Positions 44,017-54,664 of a stretch of 64,000 nt of DNA are shown here, piece after piece. The stretch is taken from contig OY970320.1 in NCBI GenBank assembly GCA_963716745.1, positions 1,344,001 through 1,408,000 on the forward strand, in the 5' to 3' direction. Positions within the stretch are counted from its first letter, which is position 1, and the number at the start of each line of letters is the position of its first letter. Below the pieces are notes generated by a model. The model was not told the origin of the DNA, ran no database searches, and was given only the letters and a program-made list of their open reading frames with translations. The position numbers and the translations under genes were made by a program. This DNA comes from an uncultured Gemmatimonadaceae bacterium. Lineage in GTDB: Bacteria; Gemmatimonadota; Gemmatimonadetes; Gemmatimonadales; Gemmatimonadaceae.

Positions 44017-44675
44017 GCGAGACGCTCCGGCAGCAGCTCGAGCGTCGCTTCGTCACGAACAGCGAGACGGTGCCGGTGGGCGAGGGCTCGATCACGCTGC
44101 TCAAGCCGCACGACGCCGATGATCTCATCAGTGAAGCGGATTATGTGATGGACGAGCGCCTCCCTTATTGGGCGGACGTGTGGCCTTCATCGCGCGTGCT
44201 CGCGGAGTGGATCGCCGACCAGCCGGGCGGCGGGCGCACGATGCTCGAGCTCGGCTGCGGACTGGGACTCGTCACGTCGGCCGCGATGCTCGCGGGGTGG
44301 AACGTGACCGCCACCGACTATTACGACGACGCGCTGCTCTTCACGCGCGTGAATGCGGCGGTCGCGACAGGCCGCGAACCGACGACGCGCATGGTGAATT
44401 GGCGCGAGCTGCCGGCCGACCTGGGGCGCTACGACCTCGTGGTCGCCTGCGACGTGCTATACGAGAAGCCGAACGCCGAACTCGTGGCGAACGCGATGGT
44501 GCGCGCTCTCGCGACGCACGGCGAAGCGGTGATGGCCGATCCCGGCCGCATCGCGATCGAGGAATTCCTCGAGGCGTGCGCGGCGCGCGAGTTCCGGCGT
44601 GTGGAGACGATCGAGCGAAAATTCCCTGTCGGCGACAAGGAACAGACGATCAGGATATACCGGCTGGCGTGGTGA
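44013..44675 (+). CDS. Class I SAM methyltransferase (Methyltransf_16/METTL21-like)
   Basis: PYWADVWPS, LELGCGLG, ATDY, CDVLY, ADPGR. Confidence 0.85.
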   Translation: MSETLRQQLERRFVTNSETVPVGEGSITLLKPHDADDLISEADYVMDERLPYWADVWPSSRVLAEWIADQPGGGRTMLELGCGLGLVTSAAMLAGWNVTATDYYDDALLFTRVNAAVATGREPTTRMVNWRELPADLGRYDLVVACDVLYEKPNAELVANAMVRALATHGEAVMADPGRIAIEEFLEACAAREFRRVETIERKFPVGDKEQTIRIYRLAW

Positions 44676-45285
44676 TCTTGCGCGGCATTGCCGCGAACAC
44701 GGCCGTGACCGCGAGCGCCAGCACAAGCGGCGCCGCAATGGCGAACAATGCGTAGCGGTTGCGGAGGTCGGCGCCGAACACGGCGAGGCAGAGCGCCAGC
44801 GACGGGATGAGCGCCCAGGCCGCGGCGCGCAGCGAGCGCGTCACCGTGCGCGGGAGGTCGCGATAGCGTATCGCGGAGAAATAGCCGTAGGTCGCCCCGG
44901 TCGCGGCGGCGGCAACGCCGCAGAGCGCCATGATGTCGCCGGGCGGCATCCGTCCGTCCGTGAGCGGCACCGGGCTCGACACGCCGAGTTGGCCGCGCAC
45001 CAGGAACCAGAACGCCGCGGTGAGGACCACGGCCCACAGCGCGCCGCAGCCGCAGATCAGCAGCGAGAAGGTGCGCGAGTCGCCGTTGCGGCCCATGGCG
45101 AGGTAGCCGATCAACGCAATCGCGGCCCACGCGGACGCCCCGATGAAGAGACCGGCGAGCGACAAGACCGACGCCGCGAACTCCCACGCGAGCGCCGGCA
45201 CCGCGGCCGCCAGGATGATCATGAACAAGCCGCCGAAGCGCAGGCTCCGGGGCGTCAAGTCCGGGAGCCTGGTCTTGTCATCCAT
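44650..45285 (-). CDS. Hypothetical multi-TM protein, paralogue 3 of the IRYR[GD]LP family
   Basis: ATG 45285 overlaps the upstream TGA; LAAAVP, RTFSLLICGCGALW, TGATYGYFSAIRYRDLP. Confidence 0.75.
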   Translation of the reverse strand: MDDKTRLPDLTPRSLRFGGLFMIILAAAVPALAWEFAASVLSLAGLFIGASAWAAIALIGYLAMGRNGDSRTFSLLICGCGALWAVVLTAAFWFLVRGQLGVSSPVPLTDGRMPPGDIMALCGVAAAATGATYGYFSAIRYRDLPRTVTRSLRAAAWALIPSLALCLAVFGADLRNRYALFAIAAPLVLALAVTAVFAAMPRKITTPAGIS

Positions 45286-45929
45286 CACGCGATGGGATTG
45301 GGCTTGGTGAGTCCGCGCCGGTTGCTCTCGATCGAGATCATCGAGACCAACACGGCGAACAGGAAGGGCGCGACGATCACCATCAACGCTTCCGTGAGCG
45401 ATCCACGGGCCGACCAACCATGCCCGTGCTCCGAAGGCGACGCCACTGTCATCACTTGCGCCACGAGGAACAGCGCGAAGCCCGGCATCGCCGACAGCGT
45501 CGCGAGGCGCACCGCGCCCTTCACGCTGGGCGGAAGGCCGCGGTAGCGGATGAAGCACACGTAACCGAAGCACGCGCCCGTGATCGCGGCGCACGTGACG
45601 ACGAATGCCAACGTCAGGAACGCGCCGCGCGCATCGCGCAGCATGTACGCCACCGGGCCGCCGAGCGCGACGGTCCAGAGTGCGCAGCAGCCGTTCACCA
45701 GGATCACGAGGGTGCGCGCGTCCGCCGAGCGGTGCAGCACGACCCACGAGATCGCCGCCACCGCGACCCAGCCGAGCGGCGCCAGCACGAGTTCCCATTG
45801 GCTGACCGACGTGAACGCGTAGAAGACCGCGGCTACCGGGACCGCGGCGGCCAGCAACACCTCTACGATGCCGGCCATGCGCAGCGAGACGATCGTCGCT
45901 ACGGTGGGGTTCGTCGTATCGCGCTTCAT
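45285..45929 (-). CDS. Hypothetical multi-TM protein, paralogue 2 (in frame with paralogue 1 as assembled)
   Basis: GAGGG-N7-ATGA start signature at 45929; LAAAVP, RTLVILVNGCCALW, TGACFGYVCFIRYRGLP. Confidence 0.65.
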   Translation of the reverse strand: MKRDTTNPTVATIVSLRMAGIVEVLLAAAVPVAAVFYAFTSVSQWELVLAPLGWVAVAAISWVVLHRSADARTLVILVNGCCALWTVALGGPVAYMLRDARGAFLTLAFVVTCAAITGACFGYVCFIRYRGLPPSVKGAVRLATLSAMPGFALFLVAQVMTVASPSEHGHGWSARGSLTEALMVIVAPFLFAVLVSMISIESNRRGLTKPNPIA

Positions 45930-46568
45930 GACGCGGCCCTCAGTGTCGCCGCGCGGGCGTCCTTGCGCATGACCTGCACGCGCGACCAGACCATTCTCGA
46001 GCGCGAGCGACAGCAAGATGGGCGCGACGAACACGAAGAAGACCGCCATGCTGATCGCGGAGCGATCGCGCGATTGCACCGTGAACGCGGCGAGCACCGA
46101 CCCGAGGCAGACGAGCACCACCGAGGGGAACGATGCCATCAATGATGTTTTCGTCGCGCGGCGCAACGTGAGCGGCAGTCCGCGATAGCGGATATAGCAG
46201 AGGAAGCCGTACGAGGCTCCGGTGAATGCGGCACCCATCGTGTACCACGGCAGGAGATACTCCACCGCGGCGTCGTTTCGGAGCATCGCCCAGGCGAGGC
46301 CGAAGATCAGCGTCGTCCACGCCGCGCCGCAGCCGATCACCAGCGCCACGAGCGAGCGGCCGCCCACGGTCTTGCCGATGAGCAGATAGCCGACGATCGC
46401 GGCGAGCGGCCAGAGCACCAGCGCGATTCCGAATCCGGCCAAGGGTCCCATGTAGTCCGCCGCGACGCGCGCGAACTGCGGCACGCCGGTCGCGGCCAGC
46501 ACCAAGAGAAAGCCCGCCAAAAGCTGCGGGCGCTCGGTCATTCCGGGTCCACGCGTGAGATCTTCCAT
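45926..46568 (-). CDS. Hypothetical multi-TM protein, paralogue 1 (either fused to paralogue 2 or ending at the ATGA overlap)
   Basis: TGATG overlap with the Fe-S gene stop; LAATGVP, RSLVALVIGCGAAW, TGASYGFLCYIRYRGLP. Confidence 0.65.
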
Positions 46569-48595
46569 CAGTCAGCTCCTTTGGCGTTCAGCCTCTCCGC
46601 GACGACCTCGGCGATGTCCAGCACCGGCACTTCGGTGCCCTTCGCCTTCACGCCGTCGGTGATCATGGTCATGCAGAAGGGGCATGCCACGGCGATCCGA
46701 TCGGCGCCTGTGGCGAGCAACTCCTCGGTGCGTTCGATATTGATGCGCTTGCCAACCGTTTCCTCCATGAACATGCGCCCGCCGCCGGCGCCGCAGCACA
46801 GACCGCGGTCGCGCGCACGCGCGGGCTCCTGGAGGACCATCACCGGGAGCGCCTTTTTGAGCGCGTTCCTGGGCGCATCATAGACATCATTGTAGCGTCC
46901 GAGGTAACAACTATCGTGGTAGGCCATGGTCAGGGCCTTCCCCTCAGCCGTGGCGAGGGTTAGACGGCCCTCATCCAGCAGGCGCTCGATGAGGGTGGAG
47001 TGGTGGATAACGTCGTAGTCGCCGCCGAGCTGCGGGTACTCATTGCCGATCTGGTGGAAGCAGTGGGGGCAGAAGGTGACGACGGTCTTTATTTGGTATT
47101 TGCCCAGCGTTTCGATGTTCTGTTTGGCGAGGGTTTGCCAGAGGTATTCGTTGCCCATGCGGCGTGCGGGGTCGCCATTGCAGGATTCCTCCTGGCCGAG
47201 GATCGCGAACTTGACGTTTGCGGCCTTGAGGATCCGGGCGAGCGCGACCGAGATCTTCTTCGCGCGGTCATCGAAAGAGCCCATGCAGCCGACCCAGAAG
47301 AGGATCTCGGGTTGTTCGCCGCGCGCGGCCAGCTCGGCCATGGTGGGGATGTCGAGGCCGGCGGCCCAATTCGCGCGGTCGCTCGGCGAGAAATTCCATG
47401 GGCTGCCGCGTTGTTCCATCGACTCGAACACCGGCTGCACCTCGGGCGGAAAACGCGATTCCATGAGCACGAGATCGCGCCGCAGATCGAGGATGTGATC
47501 GAGATGCTCGATGCCCACGGGGCATTCGTTGACGCAGGCGCGGCAGGTGGTGCAGGCCCAGAGTTCTTCTTCGGTGATGAAGTTGTCGAGCAGGCGGTGG
47601 TCTTTGATCGCGGGGGTCGCATCGCCGGCGATCACCGCGGGGGCGAGCTCCATGAGGCGCTGGCGCGTGTCGACGATGATCTTGCGCGGCGAGAGCAGTT
47701 TCCCGGTGAGATTCGCGGGGCACACCGAGGTGCAGCGTCCGCATTCGGTGCAGGAGTAGCCGTCGAAGAGATCCTTCCAGGTGAGTTGGTCCACATCCGC
47801 GGCGCCGAACTGCTCGGCGCCTTCGGCCTCGAGGTCGAGGAAGCGGATCACGCCCTTCGGTTCGGGGCCGTTCGCGTTCGAGAAGAAGACGTTCGGGATC
47901 GACGTGATGACGTGTAGGTGCTTGGAGTACGGCAGGTAATTGAGGAACACGAGCACGAGCAGCGCGTGCATCCACCAGAAAGTGCGCTGGAGGATGTGCG
48001 CCGTTTCCGGTGAAGTGCTCGCGAACCATCCGGCGATCGCGTGGCTCGCGAATTTCTGCGAGACGACGGAATTCGGGTCGATCACGATGTCGAAGGCATT
48101 CGCGAGGAACATCGTGACCATCAGGCCGCCGATCATGCTCAGGATGAGCAGCGCGTCGCCTTGATGCGTGCCGTCGCCCTGCAGGCGCTTCGGGTGGATC
48201 ACGAGGCGGCGATAGAGCGCGAAGGCCACTGCGGCGATCACGAGCAGGCCGAACAGGTCCTGCGAGAACGAGTAGGCGGTGTAGAGCGGCGCGGGGAGGA
48301 ATCCGAAGGAGAACGCCGGGACCATCCCGTGGATCAGCAGCTCCGTGGTGCCGACCGTGAGCACGATGAAGCCCCAGAAAATGAGCGCGTGCATGGGGCC
48401 GGCCACGGGATCGCGGAAGATCTTCTTCTGGAAGATCGCGATCGTGAGGACGTTCTTGAGCCGTGCGAGCGGGTGATCGAGGCGCGGGTCGGACTTGCCG
48501 AGGCGCAGGTAGGAGATCAGCCGGTGCGCGCTTCTCGCGAAGAACAGCGTTGCCGCGATGACGACGAGCGTGAAGACGATGTTCTCAGCGCGCAT
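46568..48595 (-). CDS. FadF/EMO-like membrane Fe-S oxidoreductase (TM domain, 2x[4Fe-4S], 2 CCG domains)
   Basis: [54 protein letters not shown]. Confidence 0.92.
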   Translation of the reverse strand: MRAENIVFTLVVIAATLFFARSAHRLISYLRLGKSDPRLDHPLARLKNVLTIAIFQKKIFRDPVAGPMHALIFWGFIVLTVGTTELLIHGMVPAFSFGFLPAPLYTAYSFSQDLFGLLVIAAVAFALYRRLVIHPKRLQGDGTHQGDALLILSMIGGLMVTMFLANAFDIVIDPNSVVSQKFASHAIAGWFASTSPETAHILQRTFWWMHALLVLVFLNYLPYSKHLHVITSIPNVFFSNANGPEPKGVIRFLDLEAEGAEQFGAADVDQLTWKDLFDGYSCTECGRCTSVCPANLTGKLLSPRKIIVDTRQRLMELAPAVIAGDATPAIKDHRLLDNFITEEELWACTTCRACVNECPVGIEHLDHILDLRRDLVLMESRFPPEVQPVFESMEQRGSPWNFSPSDRANWAAGLDIPTMAELAARGEQPEILFWVGCMGSFDDRAKKISVALARILKAANVKFAILGQEESCNGDPARRMGNEYLWQTLAKQNIETLGKYQIKTVVTFCPHCFHQIGNEYPQLGGDYDVIHHSTLIERLLDEGRLTLATAEGKALTMAYHDSCYLGRYNDVYDAPRNALKKALPVMVLQEPARARDRGLCCGAGGGRMFMEETVGKRINIERTEELLATGADRIAVACPFCMTMITDGVKAKGTEVPVLDIAEVVAERLNAKGAD

Positions 48596-48673
48596 GGGCG
48601 GGAAGCTACGGGGAGGCTACGGGCGCGACAAGCGTGCATCGTGCATTCGTGCTTCGTGCTTCGGCTAACAGCG

Positions 48674-49662
48674 CTACGCGCTCGCCTTCGCCTTCTTCAC
48701 GGCGTCAATGAGCGGCGGCAGGATCTCGAGCACGTCGCCGACTATTCCATAGTCGGCCACGCCGAAGATCGGGGCTTCCTTGTCCTTGTTAATCGCGACG
48801 ATGGTCTTGCTCGTGCGCATGCCGGCGAGATGCTGGATCGCGCCGGAGATGCCGAGCGCCACATAGAGCTGCGGACTCACCTGGCGGCCGGTTTGGCCGA
48901 CTTGATCGGTGTGCGGACGCCAGCCGTCGTCGGTCACGGCGCGCGTCGCCCCAACGGCGGCGTTGCCGAACGCGGCGGCGAGATCTTCCACCAATTTGAA
49001 ATTCTCGGCGGAGCGAAGCCCTCGGCCGCCGCTCACGATAACGGGAGCATCACCGAGATCGAGTTTGGCGGTGGACGCCTTCACCATCTCCTTCACGATC
49101 ACGCGGCCCTGCGCGGGATCGAGCGCGGGCGCCATCGGCTCGACCTTTCCGGCCTTCGCGCTCGGCGCGGCGGTGATCGCGCCCGGGTTCAGCGTGACGA
49201 TCGCCGGCGAGCCGATGAGCCGCAGCGTGATGATGATCTTCCCAATGAAACTCGGATGCCGCACGACGATCGCATCGCCATCGACGGCGACCGCGATCGC
49301 GCCGCTCGCCATCGAGACGCCGAGCTTCGCCGCGACGCGCGGTGCGAGATCCTTCCCTTCCGCGCTCGCGGAGAAGAATGCGGCGCGATAGCCGCCACTC
49401 TTGATGCGCGCCGCCGCGGTCGCCGCGTATGACTCGGCGTTGTACCGGTCGAACGCGGCGTGCTCGACGACGATCACCGCGTCGGCGCCGTACTTCCCGA
49501 GTTCGGCCGCGAGCGACTGCACGCCTGGGGCGCCGACGAGCATCGCGTGCACTTCTCCGCCGCCCGTCGCGTCGGCGAGGGTGCGCGCCGCGGTCACGGT
49601 CTCGAGCGCCACGCGACGCAGCGCGCCGCCACGCTGTTCGGCGAATGCGAAGACGTTCGCCA

Positions 49663-49663
<1 letters not shown>
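48674..49663 (-). CDS. etfA: Electron transfer flavoprotein alpha subunit
   Basis: [33 protein letters not shown]. Confidence 0.96.
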
Positions 49664-50415
<752 letters not shown>

Positions 50416-50433
50416 CTACTGAACTCCAAAAAA

Positions 50434-50534
50434 GCCGGGAACCGGTTTCCGGGAACCGGTGGGGCATGAAAACGAATGGCGGTTGATATCATGCGTTGTC
50501 ATGCCATACCGGTTCCCGGTAATCGGTTCCCGGC
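50434..50534. repeat. 101-bp palindromic element with 14-nt periodic CCGGGAACCGGTT arms, followed by T6 on the minus strand
   Basis: GCCGGGAACCGGTTTCCGGGAACCGGT..GGCATGA pairs with TCATGCC..ACCGGTTCCCGGTAATCGGTTCCCGGC. Confidence 0.85.
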
Positions 50535-50543
50535 AGTTCATTT

Positions 50544-51716
50544 TCACTCGAACGCGCTCAGTCCCGTGATCGCCTGTCCCAGCACGAGCGAGTGAACGTC
50601 ATGCGTCCCCTCGTAGGTGTACACCGATTCGAGATTCGCCATGTGTCTCATGCTCGCGTATTCGGCGAGGATGCCGTTCGCGCCAAGCAGCCGCCGCGCT
50701 TCGCGCGCGATGTCGGTGGCCATCGACACGTTGTTGCGCTTCGCGAGCGACACCTGCTGCGGCGTCATGGTGCCGGCGTCCTTCATGCGGCCCAGGTGCA
50801 GCGACACGAGCTGTCCCTTCGTGAGTTCGGTGAGCATGTCGGCGAGGCGCACCTGCTGTATCTGGAATCCGCCGATCGGCTTGCCGAACATCACGCGCGT
50901 CTTCGAGTAGCTCGCGGCCTCCTCGAAGCAGGCCATCGCGGCGCCGAGGACGCCCCAGCTGATGCCGTAGCGCGCCTGCGTGAGGCACATGAGCGGACTC
51001 TTGAGTCCGCCGCTCTTGGGGAGGATGGCGTCGGCGGGCAGATGCACATCCTGCAACACGAGCTCGCTCGTGTCGCTCGCGCGCAGGGAGAGTTTTCCCT
51101 TCTGGTCCTTGGCGGAGAATCCTTTCGTGTCGGTGGGCACGATAAAGCCGCGAATGGATTGCTGGTCCTTGTCGCCGTTGGTCTTGGCCCACACCACCGC
51201 GACATTCGCCTGGCTGCCGTTCGTGATCCACATCTTCGCGCCGTTCAGGATCCAGGAGCCGTCTCCCTGCTCCTTGGCCATAGTGATCATGCCGCTCGGA
51301 TTCGAGCCGTAGTCGGGCTCGGTGAGGCCGAAGCAGCCGATGACCTTTCCGCTCGCCATCTGCGGCAGCCATTTCTTCTTCTGCGCGTCGCTGCCGAAGG
51401 CGTAGATCGGATACATGACGAGCGCGCCCTGCACGCTCGCGAAGCTGCGGATGCCGGAGTCGCCGCGCTCGAGCTCCTGCATGATGAGACCGTACGAGAC
51501 GTTATTGAGTCCCGCGCAGCCGTACTCCTCGGGGAGATTCGCGCCGAGCACGCCGAGTTCGGCCATCTCGGGGATCAATTCCTTGGGGAATCGGCCCTCC
51601 ACGTAGCACTTGCCGATGATCGGGAGGACTTTCTCGTTGACGAACGCGCGCACCGAATCGCGCACCGCGCGCTCATCCTCATGGAGAGCGCCATCGATGT
51701 TGAAGAGATCTTGCAT
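50544..51716 (-). CDS. Acyl-CoA dehydrogenase, glutaryl-CoA dehydrogenase-like
   Basis: ELERGDSGIRS, CFGLTEPDYGS, KMWITN, LGANGI, YTYEGTHDVH. Confidence 0.9.
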   Translation of the reverse strand: MQDLFNIDGALHEDERAVRDSVRAFVNEKVLPIIGKCYVEGRFPKELIPEMAELGVLGANLPEEYGCAGLNNVSYGLIMQELERGDSGIRSFASVQGALVMYPIYAFGSDAQKKKWLPQMASGKVIGCFGLTEPDYGSNPSGMITMAKEQGDGSWILNGAKMWITNGSQANVAVVWAKTNGDKDQQSIRGFIVPTDTKGFSAKDQKGKLSLRASDTSELVLQDVHLPADAILPKSGGLKSPLMCLTQARYGISWGVLGAAMACFEEAASYSKTRVMFGKPIGGFQIQQVRLADMLTELTKGQLVSLHLGRMKDAGTMTPQQVSLAKRNNVSMATDIAREARRLLGANGILAEYASMRHMANLESVYTYEGTHDVHSLVLGQAITGLSAFE

Positions 51717-51760
51717 GAATGAAAGTTACCGCGCGCGGGGAGGGTTGGGTACTCTGACGT

Positions 51761-52046
51761 TCCGCGCGGCGTCGACGTGCATCGTGGCTTGGCCGGCATC
51801 CAGGTCCAAGTTTCGACCGGATCAACCGGATGATCCGGATTTGACGGATACCTCGCCGCGCATTGAGCTCTCGGCGAAAGCCGGGTGCAGCTTTGTTGTT
51901 AACAACAAATGCTGCACCCTGAGCTCCTGCGCGACGGTATCCATGCGCGTGCAAGGTATCCGACGGAATCCGCATCATCCGGTTGATCCGGTCGAAACTT
52001 CGACCTTGATGCCACTCGAGCCGCGATGGACGCGACACCGCGCGGA
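51761..52046. repeat. 286-bp palindromic element with 9-nt periodic GGAT arms and a central TTTGTTGTTAACAACAAA dyad
   Basis: ~90-nt arms (AAGTTTCGACCGGATCAACCGGATGAT / ATCATCCGGTTGATCCGGTCGAAACTT); central GGGTGCAGC-TTTGTTGTTAACAACAAA-T-GCTGCACCC. Confidence 0.88.
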
Positions 52047-52047
52047 G

Positions 52048-52872
52048 CTATCTGGGAAACCGCTTCGCCGGCGCCGGGAGCAAATGCGCGCGCGAAGCGA
52101 TTCCACATGCGCACATCCACCTATGATCTCGATTCGGTGCGATGGTGATCACGTTCACGCTGCTCGGGCGGTGGCCGCGGGAGCGGCTCGAGATGGTGCC
52201 GGCGGTGGAGACCACGGTGCCGCGGGCGCCGTTCGGCACCACGTGCACGGCCTCCTGGTGGTCGTGGCCGCAGAGGATGAGATCGATCCCGAGCGCCGCG
52301 AGGCCAGACGCCGAGCGCGCCGGGTGCGCGAGGCCGTGCCGGTTCGAGAGATCGCCTCGCACGAGATTGTGGTGCATCACCACGACGCGCGCGTTCGGGC
52401 GCGGCGCGGCGTCGAATGTCGCGCGCGCGCGATCGACCTGCGCCTGCCGCAGCTCACCTACCACTCCGATATCACGCGGATTCCACGTGAGCGTATGCGG
52501 CTGCACGCCGTGTGCCGTGTTCAAACCCACGAACGTCGCGCCGGGCACCTGCAGCACCGGTTCCAGGTCCTCCGCGATGAACTCGCGGTAGTTCGCGAAC
52601 GCTGCCGGGTTCGAGCCGAGCCCGAGCGGGTCGCGCCACCACTTCACGTCATGATTGCCGGGCACCACGATGGTCTTCGAGATGCGCGCCGCGTCGTCGA
52701 GGAACTGTCGGCCGCGCCGGAATTCGCGAGGCCGCGCGCGCTGGCTGATGTCGCCGCTCACCGCCACCACATCGAACCGCTCCGCGCGGATCATCTGCTC
52801 CACCGCCTCGACCTGCTCGGGAACGCTCGGCCGCCCGAAGTGCAGGTCCGAGACGTGCAGGACGGAGATCAC
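52048..52872 (-). CDS. Calcineurin-like (CpdA-type) metallophosphoesterase; C-terminal frame uncertain
   Basis: SDLHFG, SGD, PGNHD, HH, CGHDH; GTGA overlap with the upstream dehydrogenase gene. Confidence 0.88.
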   Translation of the reverse strand: MISVLHVSDLHFGRPSVPEQVEAVEQMIRAERFDVVAVSGDISQRARPREFRRGRQFLDDAARISKTIVVPGNHDVKWWRDPLGLGSNPAAFANYREFIAEDLEPVLQVPGATFVGLNTAHGVQPHTLTWNPRDIGVVGELRQAQVDRARATFDAAPRPNARVVVMHHNLVRGDLSNRHGLAHPARSASGLAALGIDLILCGHDHQEAVHVVPNGARGTVVSTAGTISSRSRGHRPSSVNVITIAPNRDHRWMCACGIASRAHLLPAPAKRFPR

Positions 52873-53889
52873 CCGAGGCGCGCGATGATGGCGTCCGCGA
52901 ACTGCGCGGTGGTCGCCGTGCCGCCCAGGTCGCGCGTGACGGACTTCTTCTCGCGAATGACCGCCTCGAACGCTCTCTCGATGCGTTTGCCGCGCTCGCC
53001 ATCGCCAATGTGCTCGAGCAAGAGACACGCCGCCATGAGCAGCGCGCCGGGGTTCGCGGCGTTCTTGCCCGCGATGTCGGGCGCCGTGCCGTGCACCGCC
53101 TCGAACACCGCGGCGTTCTCGCCGATGTTCGCGCCGGGTGAGAGTCCCAGTCCGCCGACGAGGCCCGATATGAGATCGGAGAGGATGTCGCCGAAGAGGT
53201 TCGTGGTCACGATCACATCGAATTTCTCGGGATGCAGCACGAGGTGCATCGCCGCGGCGTCGATGATGCGCTCGTCGCAGGTCACGCGGCCCTCGAATTC
53301 CTTCGCGACTTTCCGCCCGCTGTCGAGGAACAAGCCTTGGGAGAGCTTGAGGATGTTCGCCTTGTGCACGAGCGTGACATTCTTGCGGCCGTGGCGCACC
53401 GCGTACTCGAACGCGTAGCGCACCACGCGCTCCGACGCGAGCCGCGTGATGATCGCGACGGACTCGGCGACCGCCTGCTCGTCGTCGCCCACGCGCACGA
53501 AATGTTCGACGCCGCTGTACAGTCCCTCGGTGTTCTCGCGCACGAGCACGATGTCGATCCCGTCGTAGCGGCCCGGGCACGATCGTGTGCGCCGGGCGCA
53601 CGTTCGCGTAGAGATCGAACTGCCGGCGGATCGCGACGTTCACGCTGCGGAAGCCCTTGCCCACGGGCGTCTCGAGCGGCCCCTTGAGCGCGAGGCGCGT
53701 GCGCTCGATCGAGGCGAGCGTCGCGTCCGGGATCGGCGTGCCCACGGCGCTCACCGCGGCGACGCCCGCGAGCTGGCGGTCCCACTCGAGCGAGGCGCCT
53801 GCGGCGTCGAGCACGCGCAGTGTCGCTTCGGTGATCTCAGGGCCGATCCCGTCGCCGGGGATCAGTGTGACGGGAGTCTTCTTGGGCAT
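52869..53889 (-). CDS. Isocitrate/isopropylmalate dehydrogenase family (NAD-dependent IDH-like); indel near 53570
   Basis: IPGDGIGPE, FRSVNVAIR, RENTEG, HKANILK, NLFGDILSD, FEAVHGTAPDIAG. Confidence 0.92.
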
Positions 53890-53906
53890 GCTCTTGTGGG
53901 GAATGC

Positions 53907-54585
53907 TCAGGGCTTCGCGAAGAGGTTCGCGAGATGCTCGGCGAGGCTGGTCAGCAGCGCGGGAGTGAATTTCTCTTCGTCGTCGCTGTAGACGTCGGCC
54001 ATCCAGAGCGTGGTGAGACGGCGCGGATCGATGATCGCCGCGCGGAGCGCTGCGCGCCCGCCTTTGCCGTGCTCGGACGCGATGAAGCGGATCTCGATCG
54101 GAAAAAGGATGAATTCCGACCGGTCGTTCACCGCCATGATCGAGCGGAGCTGCGATGCGAGCGGATCGGGCATGTACGGGATGGCCTTCTTGGGGCCGGG
54201 GTAGCGCAGGAAATCGGCGGAGAGATGATACGGGATCCGCCATGTAATCGGGATTCCGCTTGTATTCCTTGGGCAGCTTGTCGTACATCACCCAGACGTT
54301 CTTGAGTCCGCGATCGGCGAGCGCGAACGAGAGCTCCGCGTCGAAGTCGGCGAGATACTGCTTCTCGTCCGGGATCTGGATCGCCCAGCCCATCGGATCG
54401 GCCTCGAGCAGATACGCCGTGGGCACCACGACGAGCTTCCGTCCCGCCATCGGTGCGAGCGGCGCGTGCTCGCCGGCGGCGATCGCGGCCGCGGAATCCT
54501 GCGAACTCATTTTCTGCGCCTGTGCGCTGCCCGCGAGGAGCGCGAGCGCCGAGAGTGCGATGAGCGATGGCGTCGAAGTGTTCAC
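53907..54585 (-). CDS. Hypothetical exported protein (indel near 54230)
   Basis: Signal peptide ending AQAQ; continues in the 53907..54173 frame. Confidence 0.6.
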
Positions 54586-54664
54586 GATCCCGTCCTGGGA
54601 GGTTGGAAGAAAGCTAGCGGCGCGACATAGGAGAGACTAGTCGGAGCGCGTACTTGTCACCGCC

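Noticed and set aside
51890..51912. Central palindrome as a parS or dif site
   Set aside because: It does not match TGTTTCACGTGAAACA (parS) or the XerC/XerD two-arm layout.
52048..54585. 845-aa fusion ORF (exported domain, IDH fragment, phosphoesterase)
   Set aside because: A chimera of three genes created by indels near 54230 and 53570; the linking segments are off-frame, Arg-rich text.
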